Position numbers and translations under genes: made by a program
Assembly: GCA_036504335.1 (NCBI GenBank)
Contig: DASXVJ010000029.1
Location: 26,885-90,884, forward strand
Origin: Thermoanaerobaculia bacterium
GTDB taxonomy: Bacteria > Acidobacteriota > Thermoanaerobaculia > UBA5066
Direction of reading: 5' to 3'
DNA: 64,000 nt
Notes under the pieces: model-generated
What the model was told of the DNA's origin: nothing
The model's input: only the letters and a program-made list of their open reading frames with translations
Database searches by the model: none
Shown here: in pieces, positions 1-12,572 of the stretch
Layout of the letters: every line of letters starts with the position of its first letter
How positions within the stretch are numbered: the first letter of the stretch is position 1

Positions 1-293
1 AGCGCGACGCCCAGCATCGGAAGGGTGAAGTCGAGGCCGAAGACGCGCGAGCCGGCGGCGGCGCCGGCTTCGGCGCGGAACGCGAGGTCGCCGGTGCCGC
101 AGCAGAGGTCGAGGACGCGTACCGGCCCGGTGCGCCCGGCGAGCGCGAGTTCGACGGTGTCACGTTTCCAGAGGCGGTGCATGCCGAGGCTCATCACGTC
201 GTTCAGGAGGTCATAGCGTCCGGCGAGCCGCGAGAACATGGCCCGCACCTTCGGGCCGCGCTCGCCGTCGTACGAGAGATACTTGTTCGCCAC
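1..293 (-). CDS. ubiE: Demethylmenaquinone/ubiquinone methyltransferase UbiE/MenG, N-terminal part (gene continues beyond window start)
   Basis: Reverse-strand translation gives ...YDGERGPKVRAMFSRLAGRYDLLNDVMSLGMHRLWKRDTV...VLDLCCGTGDLAF, the UbiE N-terminal/SAM-binding signature. Start candidates are GTG ~293 or ATG 240. Confidence 0.6.
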   Translation of the reverse strand, partial: MANKYLSYDGERGPKVRAMFSRLAGRYDLLNDVMSLGMHRLWKRDTVELALAGRTGPVRVLDLCCGTGDLAFRAEAGAAAGSRVFGLDFTLPMLGVA

Positions 294-306
294 GGAGGGA
301 TTGTAG

Positions 307-942
307 GTGGAGCGCTTTCTCGCCGACGGCCCGGCGCACGCGCCGCTCACGCTCGTTCTCGCTCACGGCGCGGGGGCGCCGATGGATTCGTCGTTCATGA
401 ACGCCGTCGCGGCGGGAATCGCGAAGGAGGGCTTCCGCGTCCTGCGGTTCGTGTTTCCCTACATGCGCGCCCGGCGCGATGTCGGACGGAAGAAGCCGCC
501 GGACCGCGGGCCGGTTCTGGAAGAGGCCTGGCGCGATGCGATCCGCGAGGCGGCGGGAAAGAAGGGAGCGAAGGCCGTCGTCATCGGCGGCAAGTCGATG
601 GGCGGCCGCATCGCGAGCATGGTCGCGGACGAGGCCGGCGTCGCGGGCCTCGTGTGTCTCGGGTACCCGTTCCACCCCCCGGGACAGCCGGACAAGCTGC
701 GCGTCGCGCACCTCGAGAAGCTCGAGACACGAACGCTGATCCTGCAGGGCGAGCGAGACGCTTTCGGGACGCGCGAAGAGGTCGCACGCTATTCACTTTC
801 AAAGAAGATCCGAATTCTCTTCCTCGAGGACGGCGACCACTCGTTCAAGCCGCGCGCGTCGTCCGGGCGCACCGAGAAGCAGAACCTGGACGAGGCGGTC
901 GCTCTCGTCAGCGAATTTCTCGGGTCTCTCCGATCCGCATGA
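307..942 (+). CDS. alpha/beta-fold hydrolase (dienelactone hydrolase/KANL3-like family)
   Basis: 211-aa ORF with HGAGAP...GGKSMGGRIAS nucleophile elbow and GDHSF motif. A repeat copy is embedded at 794-823. Confidence 0.6.
   Translation: MERFLADGPAHAPLTLVLAHGAGAPMDSSFMNAVAAGIAKEGFRVLRFVFPYMRARRDVGRKKPPDRGPVLEEAWRDAIREAAGKKGAKAVVIGGKSMGGRIASMVADEAGVAGLVCLGYPFHPPGQPDKLRVAHLEKLETRTLILQGERDAFGTREEVARYSLSKKIRILFLEDGDHSFKPRASSGRTEKQNLDEAVALVSEFLGSLRSA
794..823 (-). repeat. Repeat-family copy R1 (core on minus strand), in-frame in the hydrolase gene
   Basis: revcomp GGAAGAGAATTCGGATCTTCTTTGAAAGTG. Encodes SLSKKIRILF. Confidence 0.5.
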
Positions 943-1741
943 CCCAGGCGCGGTCGTCCGGATAGCCCGCCTGAAGCGCCGCGGCGCGGAACCGCACGGG
1001 GGGCTCGAACGGCGGCTCGTCGGTCAGGACGATCGTGCCCCAGTGCATCGCGACGAGCGTCGAGGCTTTGAGGTCGCGGCCGGCGGCGACGGCTTCCTCC
1101 GGGTTCAGGTGGACGGGCCGCATGATCGACGCGGGCTCGTACGCCCCGATCGGCAGGAGCGCGGCGTCGAACGGGCCGTGCGTCCGGCCGAGTTCGGCGA
1201 AGACGGGCCCGTATCCCGTGTCGCCCGCGAAGTAGAGAGCCCGCGTCGGAGAAGCGATCTTCCACGAGCACCAGAGGGTCTCGTTCCGGTCGAAGGGCGT
1301 GCGGCCGGAGAAGTGGATGCTGGGGAGGCAGGAAAGGGAGAGCGAGGAGGAAGAAGGAGAGGAAGAGGAAGATTTGCTTAGAAAGGTGCCCTCTCCCCAT
1401 CCAAGCTCTCGGACATCCGGGAAACCGCGGCGCTCGAAGAAGCCGCGCAGGCCGCGGGGAACGACCGCCGCCGCCTTCCCTCTTACCTTCAAAGAAATCT
1501 TCTCTACAGACGGTCCGTCGAGGTGGTCGTAGTGGTTGTGCGACAGAAGGACGACGTCGATGTCGGGCAACTCTTCGATCGCGAGCCCCGGCGGGACGTA
1601 GCGCTTCGGGCCGAGGCCCGCGATCGGGCTCGCGTAGTCCGAGAGGAACGGGTCGGTCAGGATCGTGAAGCCGCCCGTCCGGATGAGGAAGCACGCATGG
1701 CCGAGCCAGGTCAGGCTCTCGGGGCCAGCGGCGAGGAGCAT
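908..1741 (-). CDS. MBL-fold metal-dependent hydrolase (UPF0173-like)
   Basis: WLGHACFLI...LLSHNHYDHLD motifs. The ORF track extends it to 1882, but ATG 1741 (MLLAAGPESLTWLGHACF) matches the family N-terminus. It contains two in-frame repeat copies (1474-1507, 1331-1398) giving VEKISLKVRGK and [18 protein letters not shown] inserts. Confidence 0.6.
   Translation of the reverse strand: MLLAAGPESLTWLGHACFLIRTGGFTILTDPFLSDYASPIAGLGPKRYVPPGLAIEELPDIDVVLLSHNHYDHLDGPSVEKISLKVRGKAAAVVPRGLRGFFERRGFPDVRELGWGEGTFLSKSSSSSPSSSSLSLSCLPSIHFSGRTPFDRNETLWCSWKIASPTRALYFAGDTGYGPVFAELGRTHGPFDAALLPIGAYEPASIMRPVHLNPEEAVAAGRDLKASTLVAMHWGTIVLTDEPPFEPPVRFRAAALQAGYPDDRAWVMRIGETREIR
1331..1398 (+). repeat. Repeat-family copy F1 in the MBL gene
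   Basis: GGAAAGGGAGAGCGAGGAGGAAGAAGGAGAGGAAGAGGAAGATTTGCTTAGAAAGGTG. Confidence 0.7.
1474..1507 (-). repeat. Repeat-family copy R2 in the MBL gene
   Basis: revcomp GTAGAGAAGATTTCTTTGAAGGTAAGAGGGAAGG. Confidence 0.65.
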
Positions 1742-1923
1742 CGCCCTCGCCTCCGCGGGCGGGACGACGTGGCCTGCGGGAACGGCCGGCGGCCCGTCGG
1801 CCGCGCGGCGGAGGAAGAACGGGAGAAAGTCCGATGGACCTGCGGTCTGGGGCGGGCTGCCCGGCGGGTTCCGAAAACGCACGCGGCAGGATACCGGCCC
1901 GCGCGCGGGTTAGCATCCGGTCC

Positions 1924-3018
1924 GTGCGACGGGTTCTCGCGGCCGCTCTCCTCGCGGCGTCGTCCTTTGCCTCCGCAGCGCCGGAAGCGTTCGACGAAAA
2001 GGCCGCCGGCCGATTCGCCGGCCTTGCGCTCGCGTGCGTTTCGAAGGAGTACCCGAGCAAGATCGCGCATGTGATGAACGGCGACGAGGACGCGAAGCCT
2101 CCGCACGCCCTGACGCCGGCCTTCTACGGCTGCTACGACTGGCACTCGGCCGTGCACGGCCACTGGCTCCTCGCGCGGCTCGCGCGGACGTTTCCGGCGG
2201 CCCCGTTCGCGCCGCGCGCGCGCGCCGCGCTCAGGGCGTCGTTCACGCCGGAGAAGGTCGCGGGCGAGGTCGCGTATCTCGCCGCTCCCGGGCGCGCGAC
2301 GTTCGAACGGCCGTACGGGCTCGCCTGGCTCCTGCAGCTCTCGGCGGAGTTGCGCGGCTGGGACGACCCCGAGGCAAAGACCTGGGCGAAGACGCTCGAG
2401 CCCCTCGAGCGCTCCGCCGTGCGGAGGCTCGCGGACTGGATCCCGAAGCTCGCGTATCCGATCCGCGAGGGCGAGCACGCGCAGACCGCGTTCGCGTTCG
2501 GACTCGTCCTCGACTGGTCGCGCGCGTCGGGCGACGCGGCCATGGAACGCCTTCTCTCCGCCCGCGTCCGGGACCTCTACGCAAAGGACCGGGCTTGCCC
2601 GATCGGGTACGAGCCGTCGGGGCAGGACTTCCTCTCGCCCTGCCTCGCGGAAGCGGACCTCATGCGCCGCCTCCTCGCGCCGCCCGCGTTCGCGGGCTGG
2701 CTGCTCGGCTTCCTGCCGGGCGTTCCGGGCGACGGGGGCGCCGCCTGGCTGCCCGTCGGGACCGTCACGGATCCGACGGACGGGAAGCTGGCCCACCTCG
2801 ACGGCCTGAACCTCTCCCGCGCCTGGATGCTCGACGGAATCATGTCGGGGCTCCCGCCGAAGGACGGCCGCCTGCCGGCCCTCAAGGCCGCGCACGACGC
2901 CCACGCCGCCGCCGGGCTCGCCGCCGTGACCGGCGCCCACTACGAGGGCGGCCACTGGCTCGGGACGTTCGCCGCCTACCTCGCGACGCGCCGCGGGATC
3001 GCGGGAGACGCGCCGTGA
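1924..3018 (+). CDS. DUF2891 family secreted protein
   Basis: Signal peptide MRRVLAAALLAASSFASA from a GTG start at 1924 (ORF track start 1834 lacks a signal peptide). It has the YGCYDWHSAVHGHWLL motif typical of DUF2891. Confidence 0.5.
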   Translation: MRRVLAAALLAASSFASAAPEAFDEKAAGRFAGLALACVSKEYPSKIAHVMNGDEDAKPPHALTPAFYGCYDWHSAVHGHWLLARLARTFPAAPFAPRARAALRASFTPEKVAGEVAYLAAPGRATFERPYGLAWLLQLSAELRGWDDPEAKTWAKTLEPLERSAVRRLADWIPKLAYPIREGEHAQTAFAFGLVLDWSRASGDAAMERLLSARVRDLYAKDRACPIGYEPSGQDFLSPCLAEADLMRRLLAPPAFAGWLLGFLPGVPGDGGAAWLPVGTVTDPTDGKLAHLDGLNLSRAWMLDGIMSGLPPKDGRLPALKAAHDAHAAAGLAAVTGAHYEGGHWLGTFAAYLATRRGIAGDAP

Positions 3019-3773
3019 CCGCCGCCACGTTCGCGCTCCTCTTCGGCTCGGCCGTCGGAGCCGGGATCATGAACGCGCTCGCCGGCGGCGGGACGCTCCT
3101 CACCTTCCCGGCCCTCCTCCTTGCGGGCGTGCCCGCCATCCGCGCGAACGCGACGTCGACCGTGGCGCTCGTGCCCGGAGCCGCCGCGAGCCTCGCCGGA
3201 TACCGCCGCGAGGTGGGCGCGCACTCGCGCTGGCTCACGACGCTCCTCATCCCGAGCCTTCTCGGAGGCGGGATCGGCTCCGTGCTCCTCCTCATGACGC
3301 CGGAAAAGATCTTCGAGCGCCTCGCCCCGTGGCTCGTACTGTTTGCGACGCTGCTTTTCCTTTTCCAGATCCTCTGGGCGCGCCGCCGCCCGGGGACCCA
3401 GGCGCCGGAGCCGTCCTCGTGGGCCCTCGCGTCGGTCGCCCAGTTCTTCGCGGCGATCTATGGCGGCTACTTCGGGGCGGGGGTCGGGATCGTCATGCTC
3501 GTGATCCTCGGGGGCCTCGGCCTCACCGACATTCACGCGATGAACGGGCTCAAGAACTTCTTCGGGATCTGCATCAACAGCGTCGCGGCCCTGTATTTCA
3601 TCGTCCGCGGCGCCGTGGACTGGCCGCTCGCCCTGCTCATGACGGCGGGCGCCGTCCTCGGGGGGTTCATCGGCGCGAACTTCGCGCGCCGGATCGGCAA
3701 GGACAAGGCCCGCGTCGCGGTCGTCGCGATCGGACTCGGAATCACCGTCGTACTCTTCCTGCAACGTCACTGA
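3015..3773 (+). CDS. TauE/SafE (DUF81) family sulfite/anion exporter, membrane protein
   Basis: GTG start overlaps the upstream stop (GTGA). Two-repeat 4+4 TM architecture with a Gly-rich TM core (GGGIGSVLLL, GAGVGIVML). Confidence 0.7.
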   Translation: MTAATFALLFGSAVGAGIMNALAGGGTLLTFPALLLAGVPAIRANATSTVALVPGAAASLAGYRREVGAHSRWLTTLLIPSLLGGGIGSVLLLMTPEKIFERLAPWLVLFATLLFLFQILWARRRPGTQAPEPSSWALASVAQFFAAIYGGYFGAGVGIVMLVILGGLGLTDIHAMNGLKNFFGICINSVAALYFIVRGAVDWPLALLMTAGAVLGGFIGANFARRIGKDKARVAVVAIGLGITVVLFLQRH

Positions 3774-3812
3774 GCACGCGCCGGGAGACGCCCGGCACGA
3801 AAGGAGACACAC

Positions 3813-4238
3813 ATGCCGGCACGCACTGCCAGCGCCGTCTGGACCGGAGACCTGAAGAGCGGAAAGGGCACGATGAAGTTCGGGGGCGGCGCCTGGGAAG
3901 GCGCCTACTCGTTCCAGTCGCGCTTCGAGGAGGGAGCCGGGACGAATCCCGAGGAGCTCGCGGCCGCCGCCCACTCGGGCTGCTTTTCGATGGCGTTCGC
4001 GAACGAGCTTTCCAAGGCGGGCTTCGTCCCGACGCGCGTCGCGACGACCGCAAAGGTCCACCTCGAGAAGGGCGAGGCGGGCTTCTCGATCACCCGGATC
4101 GATCTCGCCTGCGAGGCGCAGGTCCCCGGGATCGACGACGCGAAGTTCCAGGAGCTGGGGGCGGCGGCCAAGAAGGGCTGTCCGATCTCGAAGCTCTTCA
4201 CGGGCGCGCAGATCAACCTGGAGGCGAAACTGGTCTAG
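3813..4238 (+). CDS. osmC: OsmC family peroxiredoxin / organic hydroperoxide resistance protein
   Basis: 141 aa with WTGDLKSGKG...GTNPEELAAAAHSGCF...ACEAQVPG, the OsmC hallmark including both conserved Cys. Confidence 0.8.
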   Translation: MPARTASAVWTGDLKSGKGTMKFGGGAWEGAYSFQSRFEEGAGTNPEELAAAAHSGCFSMAFANELSKAGFVPTRVATTAKVHLEKGEAGFSITRIDLACEAQVPGIDDAKFQELGAAAKKGCPISKLFTGAQINLEAKLV

Positions 4239-4267
4239 GTCTGAGGCGAAGATCGCCGCTTCGCGGC

Positions 4268-4328
4268 GAGGAAGAAGATTTTCTTAGAAGGTGAAGAGGG
4301 GGAGGGCGAAACAGCCCGCCCCCTCTTC
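4268..4328 (+). terminator. Repeat-family copy F2 plus GC hairpin (GAAGAGGGGGAGGGCG-loop-GCCCGCCCCCTCTTC) downstream of osmC
   Basis: Perfect 15-bp inverted repeat immediately after the core GAAGATTTTCTTAGAAGGTGAAGAGGG. There is no U-tract. Confidence 0.5.
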
Positions 4329-4368
4329 GCGTATACGGGGACAAATCCCAGGAAAGCAGGAGGCCTCA

Positions 4369-5001
4369 ATGATGAAACCGCGCCGCAGCATTCTTACTTT
4401 CAAAGCAATTCTTCTTCTTTCTCTTCCTCTTTTCCTCTGTCCCGCCGCGTTCGCCGACGACAAGCCCGCGGCGGCTGCCGCCGCCGCCCCAAGCCAGGAC
4501 GAGATGATGAAGGCCTGGATGGCCCAGGCGACGCCCGGCCCGACGCACAAGGCGCTGGAAGCCGCCGTCGGCTCGTGGGACGTGAAGACGAAGATGTGGA
4601 TGGCGCCGGGCGCCCCGCCCGCCGAGTCCGCCGGCGCGTCCGAGAACAGGATGATCCTCGGCGGCCGCTTCCTCGAGCAGCGGTACGAGGGGACGATGAT
4701 GGGTCAGCCGTTCAGCGGAATCGGGGTCACGGGCTACGACAACTACAAGAAGAAAGTCGTGGCGACCTGGATCGACTCGATGTCGACGTCCGTCATGGTC
4801 ATGCAGGGCACGGCGGACAAGACCGGAAAGGTCATCACGTGCTTCGGCGCGATGGACGACGTGGTCGCGAAGAGGCCGATGAAGGTGAAGTCCCGGGTCA
4901 CGTTCGTGGACGCGGACCACCACACGTACGAGTCCTGGCACACCCTTCCCGACGGCAAATGGTCGCAGGACCTCGAAATCGCCTACACGCGGAAGAAGTA
5001 G
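4369..5001 (+). CDS. DUF1579 family secreted protein
   Basis: ATG with GGAAAGCAGGAGG SD. Signal peptide MMKPRRSILTFKAILLLSLPLFLCPAAFA, whose h-region is encoded by repeat copy R3 (4389-4438). Confidence 0.55.
   Translation: MMKPRRSILTFKAILLLSLPLFLCPAAFADDKPAAAAAAAPSQDEMMKAWMAQATPGPTHKALEAAVGSWDVKTKMWMAPGAPPAESAGASENRMILGGRFLEQRYEGTMMGQPFSGIGVTGYDNYKKKVVATWIDSMSTSVMVMQGTADKTGKVITCFGAMDDVVAKRPMKVKSRVTFVDADHHTYESWHTLPDGKWSQDLEIAYTRKK
4389..4438 (-). repeat. Repeat-family copy R3, encoding the signal peptide of the DUF1579 protein
   Basis: revcomp AGAGGAAAAGAGGAAGAGAAAGAAGAAGAATTGCTTTGAAAGTAAGAATG. Confidence 0.65.
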
Positions 5002-5002
5002 C

Positions 5003-6620
5003 TCAGAGACTCTTCAGCGCCTCGAGCGCGGGCTCGAGCGCCTGGCGTCGCCTGAAGAAGTCGGCCCACGGGTCGCGCTTCTTCAGGCGCGCCGCGAAGT
5101 TCCCGATCGTGAAGTCCTCGGCGCGGAGGGACGGCACGACCTCGCTCCAGGCGAGCGGCGTCGAGACGGGCGCGTGGGGGCGCCGCCGGACGGAGTAGGG
5201 CGAGACGACGGTCTGGCCGAACGCGTTCCGGAAGGAGTCGAGGAAGACGCGCCCCTTCCGCGCCGCGATCCGCATCTCCATCGTGAGGTCCTTCGGCCAG
5301 GCCGCCGCGAGGCGCGTCCCGAGCGTCTTCGCGAACCAGGTGACCTCCTCGGTGCCCGGGCCGCGGACGATCGGCACGAAGACGTGGAGCCCCTTGCCGC
5401 CGGACGTCTTCACGTACGAGACGAGCTCGAGGGCGTCGAGCGCCTGCTTCACCTTCAGAGCGGCGCCCACGGCGTCCGTGATGAGGCCCGAGTCCGGGTC
5501 GAGGTCGAAACAGACCCAGTCGGGCCTGTCGAGCTCGTCGGCGCGGCTGCCCCAGACGTGCGTCGCGATGCAGCCGAGGTTCGCGAGCGCGAGCTGCGTC
5601 TCGAGCTTCCCGCCCACGACCGTGTTCGTCACCTTGCGGTCCTTGCCGTGGCGCACGACGACGGTCGGCGTGCCGGGCGGCAGGCTGGCGGGCTTCTCCT
5701 TCTGGTAGAAGCACTCGCCGCCGAGGCCGTCCGGGCAGCGCTCGAGCGAGAGCGGCCGGTCCTCGACCCACGGGCGCAGCTTGTCGAAGACGCCCGCGTA
5801 GAACGCGACGAGGTCGCCCTTCGTCCACCCCTCCTCGGGCCAGAAGACCTTGTCCGGGTTGGAGACGGGGACGGGGAAGGAAGACGAAGAATTCTTGGAA
5901 GGTGAGGAGGGGAGAGGCGCACCCCGGGGGCGTGAATGCCAGACGGCGGGGGACTCCTTTTGCTTTCGCTGAAGCAGCTTCGGATTCTTCAGCAGCTTCT
6001 CGACCTCGGCGACGGGGTCGCCCGTGGAAGCCTTCTCGACGTCGCCGCCTTCGTCGATGGCAATCTGCGTGAGCAGCCGGTTCGATACGACGGACCGCGG
6101 GCGCGTCTCGGCGACGTCCTCGTCCGAGGCGAAGTCGTCGCGGTGCTTGATGAGGAGCCACGAAGGCTTCGACGAGCCGCCCCATCCCTTCGTGCGGACC
6201 AGCACCCACGAGCCCTTCAGCTTCTCGCCGTGGAGCGTGAACTTCAGGTCGCCCTTCTTCAACGCCGCGTCCACGTCGGGCGACTCCGGCGCCCACGTGC
6301 CGCGGTCCCAGACCATCACCGTGCCGCCGCCGTACTCCGCGGCCGGGATGATTCCCTCGAACGCCGCGTACTCGATCGGGTGGTCTTCGACGTGAGACGC
6401 CATCCGCTTGACGGCCGGGTCGAGCGAGGGGCCCTTCGGAATCGCCCACGAAAGCAGGACGCCGTTCCATTCCAGCCGGAAGTCGTAGTGGAGGGCCGTC
6501 GCCCTGTGCTTCTGGACGACGTAGGCGAGGCCTTTTCCGCTCCTCTTCGGCGCCTTCGCGCCGGCAGGCTCGGGGGTGACGTCGAAGCGGCGTTTCTTCC
6601 GGTATTCCTCGAGAGGCATC
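5003..6620 (-). CDS. ligD: Non-homologous end-joining protein LigD, phosphoesterase (PE) + polymerase/primase (Pol) domains only; no ATP-ligase domain
   Basis: HYDFRLEWNGVLLSWAIPKGPS (PE domain). CFDLDPD...SGGKGLHVFVP...FLDSFRNAFGQTVVSPYSVR (LigD Pol). The ORF-track 1140-aa ORF is real only from ATG 6620 (538 aa). Repeat copy F3 (5875-5917) sits in the PE-Pol linker (PSSPSKNSSSSFPVPV). Confidence 0.75.
5875..5917 (+). repeat. Repeat-family copy F3 in the ligD linker
   Basis: GGAAGGAAGACGAAGAATTCTTGGAAGGTGAGGAGGGGAGAGG. Confidence 0.6.
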
Positions 6621-6757
6621 GGAGGAACGATACGGGGAACCCGGCCCGGCCGCCAGATTCGCCGCTTCTGCGTGCTAGCATCGACCGCTCTCCGGACGGT
6701 CGCGACCCCGGGACGTGGCTTGCTCGGGAGCCATTGGAGGAGGCGCACGGCGGGGCG

Positions 6758-9300
6758 ATGGACGACACCCAGCATCCTATCGATCCGGATGTGAAGGAAG
6801 CGCTCCTCGAGCTTCAGTGCTACCTGTCCGACAGCCTCGCGCCTCTCATGGTGGCCGAGTCGATCAACCTGCTCCTCGACCAGCCCGCTGCGATCGCTGC
6901 GACCGAGGTGCAGGCGTGGACGATCGCGCAGTTCCGGGGACGGGGCCAGAACGTGCCGATCTCGGACTACCTCTACCACGCCGTCGAGAAGCTCCACGCG
7001 ATGGGGCAGTACGAGCTCGTGCCGCGCGATCCGCTGCGCCGCTTCCTCCAGGACCTCTCCCAGCAGCTTCTGGCGTTCTGCCCCCCGGCCGACCGGGAAA
7101 TGCTCCGTCAGAATCTGGGCCGGTTGGGCCAGGCGGAGAGCGTCCTCGCGGCCCCGGTCGAGATGCTGCACCGGCAGGGAACGACCGCCGACGCGCCTTC
7201 CGCCGCCAAGCGCGCGTCCGGCGAGCACGGCGTGCCGCTGTCGTCTCAGACGGTCTCCGACCTCCGGCACCTCTCGATGCTCCTCGAGCGCCTCGGCCCC
7301 CTCCAGGCGCTGCCCCCGTCGGAGGCCGCTCTCTTCGGCGCCGCGGCGGCCCCCGGGAGCCAGGCGCCGGCCCCCGGAGGCGGTTCGCCCGCGGCCTTCG
7401 GGGCCATGATCCAGTCCCCGCGGGAAGCGCTCGTGGCCCAGGTCCTCGCGGTCGCCGCGATCGCGGCCCGGTCGGACGGGGAGCTCGCTCAGGCGCTGGA
7501 GCGCCTGCGCGCCGCCGGGGTGGACGTGCCGTCCGGCGAGGTCATCCGGACCCTGGGCCGGTCGATCCCGCCGTGGCCTCTCTCCCTTCCGTCCGAGCCC
7601 GTCGAGGAGGCGCTGTCGTCCGCGCGCGCCTCCGCGACGCAGGCCATTCGCCGCGTCGTCACCCTTCCCAAGGACCAGGAGGAGGTCGGGAAGCGCTTCC
7701 ACGAGATGGTGGCCGCGGCCGTCGAGCAGCTGAACCAGGGCTCGCTGACGCGGGCCTCGCGGATGTTCGACGTCGCCGAGAAGCTCGTCGTCGAGAACAA
7801 GGTCAGCCCTCTCTCGCTCGAGGCCACGCGGAAAAAAGCCCAGGATTCGGTGGACCTCGAGCGCGTCCGCAGTCTCGGCGAGGACGCGCGGAACCAGCAG
7901 CCTCTCGCGAGAATCCTCTCGTTCTTCCCGGGGCTCTCGGTCGGGACGCTCATCCAGGAGCTGCACGTCGAGGAGAAACGGGAACGCCGCCGCCTCCTCC
8001 TCTCCCTCCTCGAGATTTACGGCCCCGAGGCGCGCGCGGCGTCGCTCGACGTTCTCCGCCAGCTCGCCGCCGTCGGCGCCCCCGAACAGGATTGGCACTT
8101 CAAGCGGAACCTCCTCTACCTTCTCCGCAAGACGCCGCGGCCGGCGGATCAGACGCCGGACGCGGAGATGGACGCCGTCATCCCGTTCGCCGACCCTTCG
8201 CTCCCGCCGCCGATCGTCAAGGAGGCGATCGCGGGCCTCGCGGCGATCAAGCACGAGCGCTCCGAGGCGGTGCTCGTCACCCTCGTGCAGGGCCTCGAGG
8301 CGATGCTCGCGAAGAAGGGCGACGCCCCGTTCGACGAGGCCGAGCTCCAGCCGCTCCTCGACCGGGCGGTCTCGGCGCTCGCGCGATTCGGAAGCCCGAC
8401 CGCGCGGCGCGTCGTCGTCGAGCACGGGCTGAAGAGGAAGAGCGGCCTCGGCGACGTCGGCGCCCGGCTGGCCGAGCTCGCGAGCCAGGACCTCACGGAC
8501 GACCCGGAGCTCGTGAGCCTCCTCCTCAAGAGCGCGCGGGCCGAGATGCCCTTCAAGGTGTTCGGCCTCACGCTGAAGAAGCGCGAGGACCGGCTCGCTC
8601 CGATCGTCGAGGCGCTGTCCGGCACCCCCTCACCGGGCGTCCGGAAGGTGTTCGAGGAGATCGTCGAGAAGCACGCGGACACGCCTGCCGCCAGGGCGGC
8701 GTCGCGCGCTCTCGCGGCGTTCGACGCGCCGAAGGCCGCGGAGGAAGGGCAGGCGAGCCTCATGGGCGACCTCGCGATCTTCGAGCTGCCTGCTCTCCTC
8801 CAGAGCCTCGCCTCCACGGAAGTGACGGGCGCGCTGTCGCTGCGCGACACGGGCGGTTCCGTGGTCGGGAAGTTCCTCCTCGAAAACGGCAGGATCCGGT
8901 CCGCCGAAGCGTTCGGGCTGAAGGGCGACGACGCCTGCTTCCAGCTGTTCGAGCGCCCCACCGGCGGCACGTTCTCGTTCGTGCGCCAGCCGGCGCTGCC
9001 TCCCCTCCGCGAGGGCGAGAGCCTGCGCGAGGTCGTCTCGATCCTTCTCGAGGGAATGAGGCGCTACGACGACTTCCAGCGCTTCTCGGCGCTCGTTCCC
9101 GACGACCTCGTGCTCGCGCCGACGGGGACGAAGCCGTCGACGGAGCCGGAAGAGGCGGACGGCGCGCTCCAGAAGGCCGTGTGGACGAAGGCGTCCGGCG
9201 GGGCGACCCCGAAAGCAATCGAGTCGGCGGTGGCCGCCGACTCGTACCGGATCCGGAGATTGCTCGTCAGGTGGGTGGAAGAGGGGAGCCTGAAGGCCGC

Positions 9301-9304
<4 letters not shown>
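6758..9304 (+). CDS. Large alpha-helical protein with C-terminal DUF4388 (PATAN-like) domain
   Basis: ATG 6758 with GGAGGAGG SD. C-terminus [27 protein letters not shown]...[10 protein letters not shown] matches DUF4388. 5936-6757 of the track ORF is non-coding or antisense. Confidence 0.5.
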
Positions 9305-11309
<2,005 letters not shown>

Positions 11310-11411
11310 TCCGGGCCATGGCGTGTGCTCCTTCTGATCTTCTTTCGAGGAGTGGCGGACGGCCGGGCTCACGCGGGACGGGGAATCCCCGCCCCGCGGA
11401 GCCGCGCGGGG

Positions 11412-12572
11412 TCAGTAGTAGAAGAGCTGGACCTGGACGGTGTACTGGTTCGTCGTCGCGGTGTTCGGATCGTTCGGGAGCTGCTTGCGCGTCCAGCCGC
11501 CCTTGAAGTTGAAGTTCGCGCCGTACGGGTACCAGCCGAGGCCGAGCTGGAGGAAGTTCTTGTTCAGCGAGTCGCAGCCGGCCGCCGGGCACCCCGCCGT
11601 GCCGTTCTTGTACATCTGGGTTTCGTAGCGGGCGAACGGCATGAGCTTGATGTCGCCGCCGGTGTAGAAGCCGGCCTCGGCGAAGACGACGTCCTGCTTG
11701 AAGAGCGCGGCCGTCGGGAACGTCACGCCGCCGTCGTAGTGAATGTAGTCGACCTGCGCCGTGACGCCGCCCTTCCCGACGGGATAGTCGAAGAAGACGT
11801 CGCCGGCGTAGGCCGAGTAGTCGCTCTGGGTGTCGTAGCTCGCGCCGAACGCGAGGATCTTCTTCTTGCCGAGGTACGTGCCCGGGTAGAACTGAACCTT
11901 CTCGACGTCGAACACGTTGTACTGGACGCGTCCCGTGAACCGGAACGAGTTCTTCACGCCGGGGGCGCGGAAGCCCGAGTAGACGCCCGCGCGGTACTCG
12001 AGGTGATCGCCCGCGAAGTAGCCCTTGGCCTGGAAGCCCGTGTCGCGGCCGATGGAGGACTGGGTCGACGCGCTCTCCTGGAAGGACCACGTCCCGTAGT
12101 CCATCGACAGGAGCGTCGCCGCGCTCGAGTTGCAGTTGCGGCAGAGCGGGATGAGGATGAGGCCGCCCTGGATGTGGAATTCGTTCGAGATGCCCCAGTC
12201 GAGGTAGGCGTCCTGGACGATGAACCCGGTGCCGGGCGCCTTGCCGCCGGCGCCGCCCGCCACCGTCTGCGTGGACTTCCCGAGGTTCGGGTTGTCCGTC
12301 ATGAAGAAGAACGTGACGTCCTTCGCCACCTGCCCGCCGAGGAAGAATCGGGCTCGCCGCAGGAAGAGGTTCTGCTGGAAGCCGGCCTGGTTCCCGGCCG
12401 CGTCCGACTGGCCGTTCCAGTCCGCCCATCCCTGCAGCAGGATGCCGAGGCGGAAGTTCACGTTGTCGTTGACCTTGATGATCGCCTGGGCGCTGGCGAG
12501 ACCGGGCAGCAACGCCACGACGACGGCCAGGGCGACGAGAGCCACGCGAGCGGAAAGGATCCTTGAACGCAC
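11412..12572 (-). CDS. Outer-membrane porin (phosphate-selective porin O/P-like beta-barrel)
   Basis: Signal peptide [21 protein letters not shown] after GTG 12572 with TAAGGAGGAAGG SD. Alternating beta-strand pattern and aromatic C-terminal residue (…QLFYY). Confidence 0.5.
   Translation of the reverse strand: MRSRILSARVALVALAVVVALLPGLASAQAIIKVNDNVNFRLGILLQGWADWNGQSDAAGNQAGFQQNLFLRRARFFLGGQVAKDVTFFFMTDNPNLGKSTQTVAGGAGGKAPGTGFIVQDAYLDWGISNEFHIQGGLILIPLCRNCNSSAATLLSMDYGTWSFQESASTQSSIGRDTGFQAKGYFAGDHLEYRAGVYSGFRAPGVKNSFRFTGRVQYNVFDVEKVQFYPGTYLGKKKILAFGASYDTQSDYSAYAGDVFFDYPVGKGGVTAQVDYIHYDGGVTFPTAALFKQDVVFAEAGFYTGGDIKLMPFARYETQMYKNGTAGCPAAGCDSLNKNFLQLGLGWYPYGANFNFKGGWTRKQLPNDPNTATTNQYTVQVQLFYY

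Noticed and set aside
5003-8425. 1140-aa minus-strand ORF in the track
   Set aside because: Only the 5003-6620 part (LigD) has protein-like sequence and homology. The upstream 600 aa are R/E/D/L-rich GC-frame antisense of the plus-strand 6758-9304 gene.
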